Below, one piece after another: positions 10,058 through 19,447 of a DNA stretch of 64,000 nucleotides. The DNA lies in assembly GCA_035360515.1 (NCBI GenBank), contig DAOSAY010000001.1, positions 135,341-199,340 of the forward strand. The letters are read 5' to 3'. A model generated the notes under the pieces. It saw only the letters and a list, made by a program, of their open reading frames with translations. It was not told the DNA's origin and ran no database searches. The position numbers and the translations under genes are program-made. Numbering within the stretch: position 1 is the first letter of the stretch; the number at the start of each line of letters is the position of its first letter. Source of the stretch: Bacteroidales bacterium (GTDB lineage Bacteria; Bacteroidota; Bacteroidia; Bacteroidales; VadinHA17).

Positions 10058-11419
10058 ATGTTCATTCCAAATCCAATATTATTTAATAAGACTTTCTTCT
10101 TGTTAATAATAACAAAATTGCTACCGATAAAAATTTATAACTTTACGCCACTTTTAAAAAAAGCAGTGACAGGGGAACGAAAACGGAGAGGTTTACCGGA
10201 TATCGATATTGAAAACTTTAAGTACGATCTTCCACAGAACCGTATTGCACAATATCCTTTGCCCGAAAGGGACAAATCAAAGTTACTTATTTATAAAAAC
10301 GGCTTTATTTCGGAAACAGTTTTTTCAGATATTGATAAAGAGATACCCTCAGGTAGCGTGATGATATTTAATAACTCACGAGTTATAAAAGCAAGGCTTT
10401 TTTTCGAGAAACAAACAGGTTCAATTATTGAAATTTTCTGCCTTGAGCCTGTTATGCCTGCCGATTTTTCCGCTGCAATGGAATCGAAAGGAGAAACAGA
10501 GTGGAAATGTATAATAGGGAATCTTAAAAAATGGAAACAAGGTAAAATAAAATGTCAATATAAAACTGCCGGAGATAGTTATATTGTTTGGGCCGAAAAA
10601 TTATATCCTGGAGAGGATAACACATGGATAGTAAGATTTACATGGGATTCCGGGAACTTTACATTCAAAGAATTTATTGATTCGGCAGGTCACGTACCTC
10701 TTCCTCCTTATATAATAAGGCCTGACGAACCATCTGACAGGAAATGGTATCAGACAATATATTCATCTGTGGATGGCTCGGTAGCAGCTCCTACTGCTGG
10801 ATTGCATTTCACGGATAGAGTTCTGGAAAAGCTGAATTCAAAAGGCATACGTCAACTTAATGTAACACTTCATGTGAGTGCAGGTACATTCAGACCGGTA
10901 AAATCAAAAAGCATTCAGGGTCATGAGATGCACTCGGAATTGTTTTTTGTTGAAAAAGAGATTATTACCCATCTGTTAAGTAATAAAGGTCCAATTGTGT
11001 CTGTGGGAACTACTTCTCTTAGGGTTCTGGAAAGTCTTTACTGGGCAGGTATAAAGTTAAAGATGAAGCCTGATACAGATCCTGACTCACTTTATATAGA
11101 CCAGTGGGACCCTTATTTATTGAAATGTAAATTAAAACCAGAAGAATCACTGGAAGTTTTACTGGAATGGATGGAAAAAAACAAAACCGGAAGATTATCA
11201 GCATTAACAAAACTTTTTATTTTTCCTGGTTATAAATTTATGTTTTCTGATATTCTACTGACCAACTTTCATTTACCCAAAAGCACACTGCTGATGCTGG
11301 TGGCTGCATTTACAGGGTCTGACTGGAAGAAAATTTATGAATATGCATTGGGAAACAATTACAGATTTCTTAGTTACGGAGACGCCTCACTGTTATTCAG
11401 AAAAGATGTAATCTTTTGA
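10058..11419 (+). CDS. queA: S-adenosylmethionine:tRNA ribosyltransferase-isomerase
   Basis: FKYDLPQNRIAQYPLPERDKSKLLIY, GHVPLPPYI, TAGLHFT, VGTTSLRVLES and TNFHLPKSTLLMLVAAF are QueA blocks. The first ~36 codons look like translated AT-rich promoter DNA. The true start is probably later (GTG at 10166 is the nearest candidate), so the 5' end is uncertain. Confidence 0.85.
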   Translation: MFIPNPILFNKTFFLLIITKLLPIKIYNFTPLLKKAVTGERKRRGLPDIDIENFKYDLPQNRIAQYPLPERDKSKLLIYKNGFISETVFSDIDKEIPSGSVMIFNNSRVIKARLFFEKQTGSIIEIFCLEPVMPADFSAAMESKGETEWKCIIGNLKKWKQGKIKCQYKTAGDSYIVWAEKLYPGEDNTWIVRFTWDSGNFTFKEFIDSAGHVPLPPYIIRPDEPSDRKWYQTIYSSVDGSVAAPTAGLHFTDRVLEKLNSKGIRQLNVTLHVSAGTFRPVKSKSIQGHEMHSELFFVEKEIITHLLSNKGPIVSVGTTSLRVLESLYWAGIKLKMKPDTDPDSLYIDQWDPYLLKCKLKPEESLEVLLEWMEKNKTGRLSALTKLFIFPGYKFMFSDILLTNFHLPKSTLLMLVAAFTGSDWKKIYEYALGNNYRFLSYGDASLLFRKDVIF

Positions 11420-11487
11420 TAATTAATTAGTAATTTTATTTGTTTTTAATATGATTTTTATTTACTTGCTCGCCAAAATTTTCAGGA

Positions 11488-11739
11488 ATGAAACAAAGGA
11501 AAATAATGGATCAGATTAGTGCCATTTTTGGCATATTTATGACTTTTTTTTACATTATTGTGGGAATTTTTTTCATATATGCTAAGAGTTTATATTATAT
11601 AGACAGTTTGATCAGGAATATCGTCGGAATATCTTTTCTTATTTTCAGTTTGTATAGAGGATATGTCTCCTATTTGAAAATAAAGGAAGCTTTTTTTGGA
11701 AAAGGCAGAAGAAATAATGAGAGAGAAGATTACTTTTAA
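11488..11739 (+). CDS. small hypothetical membrane protein (2 predicted TM helices)
   Basis: 83 aa ORF with two hydrophobic stretches (ISAIFGIFMTFFYIIVGIFFIY and IVGISFLIFSLY) and a basic C-terminus. No family is recognised. Confidence 0.4.
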   Translation: MKQRKIMDQISAIFGIFMTFFYIIVGIFFIYAKSLYYIDSLIRNIVGISFLIFSLYRGYVSYLKIKEAFFGKGRRNNEREDYF

Positions 11740-11833
11740 GTAATTCTGTTGAAGATTAATTCATTTAATTGGATATGGCATGCTCTTTGCTTATTATGAA
11801 AACAGAGTTACTTAAAATTTAAAACAGAAAGCC

Positions 11834-12865
11834 ATGAAGATAGTTTCATATATTCAAAATTTTATTATTATTGCATGCCATTTAATAAAACCACATTATA
11901 AAGCTTTTATGAATCATAATTCTGAAATAATATTCAGAATCTTTATAGTACCAGTTTTACTTATTTCCTTGCATTCATGTATTGGAGGAAGCAATAAATC
12001 ATATCCCACTGATACACCCACCAGTGGGCATCTGAAAATACTTGTTGATGATTCTTTTAAACCTCTGCTTGAAGCAGAAATAGCAGTATTTACAGAATTG
12101 TACAGAAATGCAACAATTATTCCATCATATAAACCAGAAGTAGATGTAATTAATGAATTCCTGAGAGATTCCGGAAAGGTAATGGTAACCAGCAGAAAAC
12201 TCACAGATGATCAGATCAAATATCTACGTGATTCTCTTATAATTGCACGAACAACCACTTTTGCATATGATGGAATAGCCATAATACTTAACAAAGCGAA
12301 TCCTGACTCCCTTCTGGAGTATGAAGATGTGAAGAATATCTTTACGGGCAAAATCAAAAGCTGGAAAGAAATAAACAATAAATCCCCGCTGGGGAATATC
12401 TACGTCATTTTTGATAATGCAAAATCGGGAAACATCAGGTACTTCAGGGAAAAGTTTGATTACTATGATCCTTTGCCTTCAAATTTTTACGCAGTAAACT
12501 CAAATCCGGAGGTAATTGATTATGTTGAAAAAAACAAAAATGCTCTTGGTATTGTAAGTGTAAACTGGATAAGTGACCCTGATGATTCATTAAGTATGAG
12601 TTTTATCAACAAAATAAAAGTAGCGGCTATTTCCCATCCATTTTTTGAAAAAGGCACTTATTATCGTCCTTATCAGGGGTCGATCTATGATAAATCCTAT
12701 CCCTTTACCAGGGAAATTTACCTTATAAAAAGAGAATCTCATCTGGGGCTTGGCTCCGGTTTTATCAGCTGGGCATGTGCTGAGCAGGGACAAAGGATTG
12801 TCCTGAAATCAGGTCTGGTACCTGCTACCATGCCAATAAGACTGGTGCAAATAAAGACACAATAA
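11834..12865 (+). CDS. PstS-family (phosphate-binding fold) periplasmic substrate-binding lipoprotein
   Basis: 343 aa. It resembles PstS-like substrate-binding proteins (GHLKILVDDSFKPLLEAE, YDGIAIILNKANP, IFDNAKSGNIRYF, GIVSVNWI). The start is likely the internal ATG at 11909, giving MNHNSEIIFRIFIVPVLLISLHSC with a lipobox-like Cys. Confidence 0.7.
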   Translation: MKIVSYIQNFIIIACHLIKPHYKAFMNHNSEIIFRIFIVPVLLISLHSCIGGSNKSYPTDTPTSGHLKILVDDSFKPLLEAEIAVFTELYRNATIIPSYKPEVDVINEFLRDSGKVMVTSRKLTDDQIKYLRDSLIIARTTTFAYDGIAIILNKANPDSLLEYEDVKNIFTGKIKSWKEINNKSPLGNIYVIFDNAKSGNIRYFREKFDYYDPLPSNFYAVNSNPEVIDYVEKNKNALGIVSVNWISDPDDSLSMSFINKIKVAAISHPFFEKGTYYRPYQGSIYDKSYPFTREIYLIKRESHLGLGSGFISWACAEQGQRIVLKSGLVPATMPIRLVQIKTQ

Positions 12866-12899
12866 ATAAAATAAAGTATAAATAATAAAACCAAACGAA

Positions 12900-15152
12900 A
12901 TGAAAAAGAAAATGTGGACAAGAAAAATTTTAATTATTAGCGTCATAGGACTGATATTCACAAGTATTTCAAGTCTTTACAGTCAGGATTTAAATACGGC
13001 AATTCATTACACAAAAAGTGAAGCCTATGACCGGGCTCAGGAAGTTTTTAAACAATTGATTCAGAATGAGCCAAATAATAGCAGGTACTATTTTTATTAT
13101 GGAGAAAACTGGATATATGATTATTTCTCTGACACTATCTCCAACTCACTTCCTGCATACATGAAAGAAGCAAAAGCTCTTTTTGAAAAAGGAGTGAGTG
13201 CAAACCCAAATTTTCCTTTGAACTATGTAGGTCTGGCCAAAGTAGCATTTTATATGGGAGACAATAAAACGGCCGATGAGATGAGGGCTAAAGCCAGAAG
13301 TCTCCTAATTCCTAATAAAAACATTAAAAAGCTGCAGCCACCTGCAAAGGATTATGCTCTAACGCTTGCTAAAATGGCTGAATCATATATTAATGTAAAA
13401 TTCCAGGTTGACACTTCAAAAGCTTTGCCACTTATTAGGGAAGCGCTTAGAATAGATTACAAAAATCCGGAAATATATATTATTGCAGGTGATATTTATA
13501 ATCTTGTAAATGATGGCTCAAATGCTGTGAAAAATTATAATCTCGCTCAGGATTATGATCCCACCTCCCCTACTGCCAATATGAAAATCGGAAGTATTTA
13601 TGTACGGGCAAAGAATCTTCAGGCAGCCATTCCATATTTTGAAAACGCTATTAACCTTGATCCAAATTATGCTCCTGCCTACAGGGAACTTGGCTCTCTT
13701 TATTCAATGGCAAGAAGGTATGATCAGGCAAAGCAATACTATGAAAAATATCTTGAGCTAACTAAAGGTAATATACCTGCAAAAATCAGTTATGTAAGAT
13801 CTCTATATTTTGCCGGTGAATACGATCAGGTAATAAAGAATGTGGATGAGATTTTTGCTGTTGATCAGTCAAAAGCTTATCTTAACCGTCTGGCAGCCTA
13901 TTCGTGCTATGAAAACAAGAATCCTGATTATGATAAAGCTCTTAAATATATGGAAACCTTATTTGAAAAGGTTTCTCCAGAGCTGATAATAAAAAGGGAT
14001 TATACTTATCTTGCAAAAATTCTATTAAAGAAAAATGCTAATTACCAGAATCTAATTAAAGAAAGTGAGAGACTCAAAACCCAGCTTGATAAAGAGAGGA
14101 GCAGGTATAATGCTGCCTCAGCTGCTGAGAAGGCAAAAATGAAGCCACTGGTAGACACTCTTAATGCCCAGATGACAAGAATAAACCGACAGATATCAAA
14201 TGCTGAAAAAGAAATTGACAGAGCATTTGATGCTTACAATAAAGCACTTTCATATGATCCTGAAGATATTGCACTTATTAATGAAATAGCAATAAATTAT
14301 TATGATTTTAGAAAGTATGAAGATGCTGCAAGGATGTGGGCAAAGCTTATACAGCTAGGTAAGAACGATGTAAATGATTATATGAGAGTTGGAAGAGCAT
14401 TTTATGTGGCTGAAAATTATAAATCAGCTGATTCGATATTCAGCATAGTTACAAAAATTCAGCCTGATTACCTGCAAGCTCACCTGTATATCGCAAGAAC
14501 ATATTCAAAAATGGAGAAAGAGCCAAAAGAAGGATTGGCAAAACCCAAGTTTGAAAAAGTTATACAGGTAGCTGCTTCAGACTCGCTTAAAAATGAAGCG
14601 GAAATGATTGAAGCGTTTGGATATCTTGCATATTACTATAAATCAAACGGCAATTACCAGAAAGCGAGGGATTATTATAACAGGATGATCAACCTGAATT
14701 CAAATAATAACGACAATAAAACTAAGGGATATCTGGGGCTTGCAAGCATTGAAGTAGATCTTGCCATAAATGAAAAGACAATTGAAGGCAAACTTCCATT
14801 CCTGAGCCATGCGCAGGATTATTATAAGCAAATTTTGGCTTACGACTCCAGTAATGAGCAGGCAAAGAGTTTACTGAAATGGACTCAGGATTACGAGGCT
14901 CAGGTAAAGAAAGGTATTAATCCGAACGAGCTTAAGGGAATAGTTAAAACTGCATCAGGACAACCAATTGCAAATGCTTCAGTAAGAGTTAAAGATACTG
15001 CGGCCGAAACTTACACAAATACTAAAGGTGAATTCAAATTTGAAATACCGCAGGCTTCTGAAGCATTGATAGTCTCAGCTCCGGGCTTCCAGCCAAAGGA
15101 GATACCAATAGTGAGACCTTTAAAACCGCTAACTATTACTCTTGAACAATAA
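12900..15152 (+). CDS. TPR-repeat protein with C-terminal carboxypeptidase-regulatory-like domain
   Basis: 750 aa with a signal peptide and many TPR-like A..Y..A...P units. It has a coiled-coil stretch (ESERLKTQLDKERSRYN...) and a C-terminal GIVKTASGQPIANASVRVKDTAAETYTNTKGEFKFEIP beta-sandwich signature. Confidence 0.8.
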   Translation: MKKKMWTRKILIISVIGLIFTSISSLYSQDLNTAIHYTKSEAYDRAQEVFKQLIQNEPNNSRYYFYYGENWIYDYFSDTISNSLPAYMKEAKALFEKGVSANPNFPLNYVGLAKVAFYMGDNKTADEMRAKARSLLIPNKNIKKLQPPAKDYALTLAKMAESYINVKFQVDTSKALPLIREALRIDYKNPEIYIIAGDIYNLVNDGSNAVKNYNLAQDYDPTSPTANMKIGSIYVRAKNLQAAIPYFENAINLDPNYAPAYRELGSLYSMARRYDQAKQYYEKYLELTKGNIPAKISYVRSLYFAGEYDQVIKNVDEIFAVDQSKAYLNRLAAYSCYENKNPDYDKALKYMETLFEKVSPELIIKRDYTYLAKILLKKNANYQNLIKESERLKTQLDKERSRYNAASAAEKAKMKPLVDTLNAQMTRINRQISNAEKEIDRAFDAYNKALSYDPEDIALINEIAINYYDFRKYEDAARMWAKLIQLGKNDVNDYMRVGRAFYVAENYKSADSIFSIVTKIQPDYLQAHLYIARTYSKMEKEPKEGLAKPKFEKVIQVAASDSLKNEAEMIEAFGYLAYYYKSNGNYQKARDYYNRMINLNSNNNDNKTKGYLGLASIEVDLAINEKTIEGKLPFLSHAQDYYKQILAYDSSNEQAKSLLKWTQDYEAQVKKGINPNELKGIVKTASGQPIANASVRVKDTAAETYTNTKGEFKFEIPQASEALIVSAPGFQPKEIPIVRPLKPLTITLEQ

Positions 15153-15252
15153 TAATTTAATATTATTTAACAAGTGACTGTAATAATAAGTTAACGTGAT
15201 AATAAGATCAAAGAAAAATTATAAAATTTATAAAAACATTTTTAAGTTCATT

Positions 15253-15283
15253 TTTGGAATTTATCAATTATAGTATATATTTG
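15253..15283 (+). promoter_or_regulatory. Bacteroidota-type promoter upstream of exbB
   Basis: TTTG (15253..15256), then a 19 nt spacer, then TATATTTG (15276..15283). This is an exact match to the TTTG / TAnnTTTG consensus, about 60 nt upstream of the exbB ATG. Confidence 0.55.
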
Positions 15284-15342
15284 CGAATCATAAAATTTAA
15301 AAACCTGATAAAATTAAATTTAACTAAAAACAGATTGAAAAA

Positions 15343-16158
15343 ATGAGTAAACAAGGAAGTTCATTTAAGGATGTGTTGCAGAGCATATTTGCAACAAGTG
15401 CTATTTTGATAGCATTCTTATTATCGGTTTATTTGTACATACAGGTAATGGGTAATCCTGCCAACTTTGAAGGTGGAAATCCTGAAGGGCAACCACTTGC
15501 GGGCAACTACCTCGGTATTATTTATAAGGGTGGTTTTATAGTCCCATTGCTGATGACCTGCGTTATGGTAGTTATCATCATGGCAATTGAAAGATGGATT
15601 ACTCTTACAAGAGTAAAAGGCAGGGGCAGATTAAATGTTTTTGTCCGCAAACTTCAGACTCTTCTTGCTGAAGATAAAATAGAAGAAGCTATTGAAGAAT
15701 GCGACAGGCAGAAAGGTTCACTTGCAAATGTTATGAAAGCTGGACTTATCCGCTGGCGTGAACTGCAGAATGACAAGACCCTGATGAAAGATCAGAAGAT
15801 TCTTTCAATTCAGAAAGCTTTTGAGGAAGCTACTGCCCTTGAACTGCCGATGCTGAGCAAAAACATGGTTTTCTTTGCAACTCTTGCACCAGGAACAGTT
15901 CTTATAGGTCTTTCAGGAACTGTGCTTGGTATGATTCGTGCTTTCGCAGCGCTTGCACGTGCAGGTGCTCCTGATGCAATTGCACTTTCAACAGGTATAT
16001 CGGAAGCACTTATCAATACAGTGTTCGGTATCGCAGGTTCAGTTCTTGCACTTTTTGCATACAACTTTTTCTCAAACAAAATCGATAATTTCACCTTCAA
16101 GATTGATGAAGCTGGTTTCAGCCTGGTACAGACGTTTGCAGCATCATTGAAAAGCTAA
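15343..16158 (+). CDS. exbB: MotA/TolQ/ExbB proton-channel protein
   Basis: 271 aa with three TM segments and a C-terminal block (TLAPGTVLIGLSGTVLGMIRAF...ISEALINTVFGI) typical of ExbB/TolQ. Confidence 0.9.
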   Translation: MSKQGSSFKDVLQSIFATSAILIAFLLSVYLYIQVMGNPANFEGGNPEGQPLAGNYLGIIYKGGFIVPLLMTCVMVVIIMAIERWITLTRVKGRGRLNVFVRKLQTLLAEDKIEEAIEECDRQKGSLANVMKAGLIRWRELQNDKTLMKDQKILSIQKAFEEATALELPMLSKNMVFFATLAPGTVLIGLSGTVLGMIRAFAALARAGAPDAIALSTGISEALINTVFGIAGSVLALFAYNFFSNKIDNFTFKIDEAGFSLVQTFAASLKS

Positions 16159-16197
16159 GGTGGGTTTTATCTTTTGGTCAAAATAAAAATTAAAAAG

Positions 16198-16833
16198 ATG
16201 CCAAAGATTAAATTACCAACAAAGCAGCCCTTTATCGACATGACGCCGATGGTCGACCTGTTCTCAATCCTGTTGATTTTTTTCCTGCTTACAGGAACTT
16301 TCAGGGCACAGGAACCGGCTCCTGTTGATACGCCTTTTTCAATATCAGAGAAACCAACACCTGATTTTAACAACATGACTATCGTTTTTTCAAGCGATAA
16401 TCGTGTATTCTTTAATATTGACAATGGTCCTGATACACTTCTTAAATTCAGACCTAAAATTCTCGAGTGTGTTGGCCAGCGTTTTAATATTGAATTTACA
16501 CCTGAAGAGCTGAGGAAATTCGAGAAGTATAATACTTCAATAGGCGTTCCTATTGAAAAAATGAAAGAGTTTCTTAACGCTGAAGATCCAAGTTTAAGAG
16601 AGGCTCTTCAGACAGGAATTCCTTACGATTCGCTCAACAACCAATTGGAAGTATGGGTTCTATGTGCCAGACAGATAAATCCTGCCGTAATGGCAAGTCT
16701 GAAAGGTGACGCAAGAACTGAGTTTCCGACCGTGAGAAGAATACTCGACATATTGCAGGATAAAAACGTTAACAGGTTTAACCTGGTTACCAGCCTCAGA
16801 GCTGTAAAAGTTGAAGACACAGAAAACAAATAA
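16198..16833 (+). CDS. exbD: biopolymer transporter ExbD/TolR
   Basis: The N-terminal IDMTPMVDLFSILLIFFLLT motif is the ExbD/TolR TM signature. The track ORF starts at a TTG (16174); the ATG at 16198 (MPKIKLP...) is the more likely start. Confidence 0.85.
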   Translation: MPKIKLPTKQPFIDMTPMVDLFSILLIFFLLTGTFRAQEPAPVDTPFSISEKPTPDFNNMTIVFSSDNRVFFNIDNGPDTLLKFRPKILECVGQRFNIEFTPEELRKFEKYNTSIGVPIEKMKEFLNAEDPSLREALQTGIPYDSLNNQLEVWVLCARQINPAVMASLKGDARTEFPTVRRILDILQDKNVNRFNLVTSLRAVKVEDTENK

Positions 16834-16845
16834 ATAAGAAGTGAT

Positions 16846-17514
16846 ATGGCAGATATTGGTGGTGCACAAGAAACCGGAAAAAAAGGCGGTAAAAAAAGAC
16901 GACCGGGCCGTAGGGGCGTAGTGCGTGTCGATATGACACCAATGGTTGACCTCATGTGTCTTTTGATCACGTTTTTCATGCTTACAACTGCTTTTAGCAA
17001 GCCTAAAATAATGGAGATCGTACTTCCTGAAAAAATTAAAAAGGAGAAGGAAAAAGAAGAGGCTCCAAAAATTGCTAAAAGCCGTACCTTGAATGTAATT
17101 CTTGGTCCCGAGAACAAAGTGCTGTGGTATACTGGAGCAGTGGACGATCCAAAGAATCCTCCGCCACTTCAGGTCACCGACTTTAGTCCTACAGGGATAC
17201 GCGCACTTCTCCTTGAGAGAAACAGGGCTCTTTTCCGGAAAATTGAACAATTTAACAACGATGTCATTTCCGGTAAAATTAAAATGCCCTTAGATTCTAT
17301 TGAAGCTGCTGTTACACGGTTGAAGAAAGAAGATGATACTGGTCCGATTGTACTGATTAAGGCGTACAAAACCTCAAATTATGGTAATTTCGTCGATATT
17401 CTCGATGAAATGTCTATAGTAGGTATAGCACGTTATGCAATTGTCGATATTAACTGGATCGAAGAGCAAATGGTCGAGAAAACACTCGGCATCACTCCCG
17501 GATCAGCTCAGTAG
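16846..17514 (+). CDS. exbD: biopolymer transporter ExbD/TolR (second copy)
   Basis: 222 aa. VDMTPMVDLMCLLITFFMLT is the ExbD signature. It lies 12 nt after the first exbD. Confidence 0.85.
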   Translation: MADIGGAQETGKKGGKKRRPGRRGVVRVDMTPMVDLMCLLITFFMLTTAFSKPKIMEIVLPEKIKKEKEKEEAPKIAKSRTLNVILGPENKVLWYTGAVDDPKNPPPLQVTDFSPTGIRALLLERNRALFRKIEQFNNDVISGKIKMPLDSIEAAVTRLKKEDDTGPIVLIKAYKTSNYGNFVDILDEMSIVGIARYAIVDINWIEEQMVEKTLGITPGSAQ

Positions 17515-17539
17515 AAGAAACATTTAAATTAAAGGAAAT

Positions 17540-18328
17540 ATGGCAAAAGAAAAAATCAAGGCCCCTCCTTTTGATGAAATAGTATTTGAGAATAGAAATA
17601 AGGAGTATGGCGCTTATGTTTTGCGTAAAAAGTACGTTAAACATCTGACAGTAGGATTTCTTATAGGTGTTTTTGTGACAAGCGCTGCGATTATAGGGCC
17701 ATACATAAATGCAAAAGCCCAGGAAAGCTATAAGAAAAGAGCTGAAAGGCAGGTTGAAATTCAGATGGAAAATATTGATCAACCTCAAAACGAAATAGAA
17801 GCACCTCCTCCACCTCCATCACCTCCACCTGAGGAAGCCGTTCAGACAACCAGATATGTTGCACCAGTTGTTGTTGACTCTGTAAAACCAGAGGAAGCAA
17901 AACAGCTTATGACCGCTGACGAAGCAAGAGTGGAAGTTAAAGACGAAGATGTTTCACTTGTTGAAGTAGTGGAAGAAGTTCAGGAAGAGGTTAAGGAGGA
18001 AGAGGCTCCAACAGAAGTGTTTGTGGTTGTTGAAGAAATGCCTTCTTTCCCGGGTGGTGATCAGGCACTTATGGAATTCATCTATTCCCACATCGAATAC
18101 CCTGAAATTGCAAAAGAGAACAATATACAGGGAAGAGTTGTGGTAAGATTCTGCGTAACCTATAAGGGAACAGTGGATCAGGTATCCATAATCAAAGGCG
18201 TTGACCCATCGCTTGATAATGAAGCTATCAGGGTTATTAAAATGCTGCCTACATGGAAACCCGGAAAACAGGGTGGTAAACCTGTCAATGTTTGGTACAG
18301 TGTGCCTATTAACTTCCAGTTGAAATAA
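17540..18328 (+). CDS. tonB: energy transducer TonB
   Basis: 262 aa with an N-terminal TM anchor, a Pro-rich spacer (EAPPPPPSPPPEE) and an acidic linker. The C-terminal TonB domain reads EEMPSFPGGDQALMEFI...GRVVVRFCV...G.V..V.I.KGV...LDNEAIRVIKMLP.WKPGKQGGKPV. Confidence 0.85.
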   Translation: MAKEKIKAPPFDEIVFENRNKEYGAYVLRKKYVKHLTVGFLIGVFVTSAAIIGPYINAKAQESYKKRAERQVEIQMENIDQPQNEIEAPPPPPSPPPEEAVQTTRYVAPVVVDSVKPEEAKQLMTADEARVEVKDEDVSLVEVVEEVQEEVKEEEAPTEVFVVVEEMPSFPGGDQALMEFIYSHIEYPEIAKENNIQGRVVVRFCVTYKGTVDQVSIIKGVDPSLDNEAIRVIKMLPTWKPGKQGGKPVNVWYSVPINFQLK

Positions 18329-18346
18329 ACAAGGAAAGCATAAAAT

Positions 18347-18376
18347 AAAAAAGGGGCTGATTAAAGCCCCTTTTTT
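18347..18376. terminator. bidirectional intrinsic terminator between tonB (+) and ltaE (-)
   Basis: aaaaaaGGGGCTgattaaAGCCCCtttttt: a 6-bp GC-rich stem with an A-run upstream and a T-run downstream. Confidence 0.7.
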
Positions 18377-18388
18377 ATTTCCTATCAT

Positions 18389-19447
18389 TCATAATCTTTT
18401 TATGTAACTCTCCATTTCTGATCTCAATAGCTCCGAAAACAGATTAATATCTTCTTCAGTTGTGTCCCAGGTTGTCATCAGCCTGTATTCATTCTTTTTC
18501 TCATTCCATGTATAGAAAAAATACTTCTTTTGAATTCTCTCAGCCACCTCAGGCGGCATAATTATGAAAACCCCATTCGACTGTACAGGCTGAGTAATTA
18601 TTATACCTTCAATATCCTTAATTCTATTATATAATATCCCTGCCATTCTGTTTGAATGACTCGCAAGCTCATACCATAAATTATTTCTGAAGTATGCAAT
18701 ATATTGCGCTGCTATATATCTCATTTTCGAGGCAAGATGCATGCCCTGTTTTCGTACATATTTGAAATCTGGTGCCAGTCCCTGACGCAGAAAACATATT
18801 GCTTCGCCATACATCATACCATTCTTGGTACCGCCAAATGTCAACAAATCGACTCCTGCATCAGTTGTAAAATTCCTGAAAGGCAGACCAAGATAAACAG
18901 CTGCATTTGCAATTCTTGCCCCATCCATATGCAACAGCATGTCATGTTTGTGCACATAATCGGCAAGAGATTTAATTTCTTCCGGTGTATAAACAGTACC
19001 CATTTCTGTAGACTGGGTTATTGAAACAACCTTTGGCTGGGAATGATGTTCAAATCCAAATCCGTGCATATGCTTATGAAGCATCTCCGGGTTTATTTTA
19101 CCGTCATCAGTATCAACGGTAAGGACCTTACACCCTGCAAAGTTCTCAAGAGCCCCGCATTCATCCTGCTCAATATGAGAAGTATAAGCAGTTATGACAG
19201 AATTCCATGGCTTTAGTACCCCTGTAATACCAAGAACATTTGCCGCAGTTCCATTAAACACAAAGTATACTTCGGTGTCTTCGCCAAAATGTTGCTTAAA
19301 AATTACTTCTGCCTGCGATGTGTAAACATCAGCACCATAACCCAGCGCATGCCCCTGGTTAACAGCGTGTATCTCTTCAAGAATAAGGGGGTGGACTCCT
19401 GAATTGTTGTCGCTTGCAAACCCCCTCTTAATCAAATTATCCTGCAC
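18389..19447 (-). CDS. ltaE: threonine aldolase family (beta-eliminating lyase fold) PLP enzyme
   Basis: 352 aa with a GTG start. RGFASDNNSGVHP, FNGTAANVLG, HMDGARIANA and FGGTKNGMMYGE (PLP-Lys region) are typical of low-specificity threonine aldolases. Confidence 0.75.
   Translation of the reverse strand: MQDNLIKRGFASDNNSGVHPLILEEIHAVNQGHALGYGADVYTSQAEVIFKQHFGEDTEVYFVFNGTAANVLGITGVLKPWNSVITAYTSHIEQDECGALENFAGCKVLTVDTDDGKINPEMLHKHMHGFGFEHHSQPKVVSITQSTEMGTVYTPEEIKSLADYVHKHDMLLHMDGARIANAAVYLGLPFRNFTTDAGVDLLTFGGTKNGMMYGEAICFLRQGLAPDFKYVRKQGMHLASKMRYIAAQYIAYFRNNLWYELASHSNRMAGILYNRIKDIEGIIITQPVQSNGVFIIMPPEVAERIQKKYFFYTWNEKKNEYRLMTTWDTTEEDINLFSELLRSEMESYIKRL

Noticed and set aside
10058-10165. Hydrophobic N-terminal extension of QueA (MFIPNPILFNKTFFLLIITKLLPIKIYNF...) that could be read as a signal peptide or TM helix.
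   Set aside because: QueA is cytoplasmic and family members begin just before the FKYDLP block. The extension is AT-rich, promoter-like DNA containing a near TAnnTTTG box (TAACTTTA). It is probably an over-extended ORF, with the real start later (possibly GTG at 10166).
16623-17250. Long antisense ORFs (164 aa and 196 aa) opposite the two exbD genes.
   Set aside because: The sense strand encodes two proteins with clear ExbD/TolR signatures. The antisense translations are low-complexity with no motifs, so they are typical shadow ORFs.
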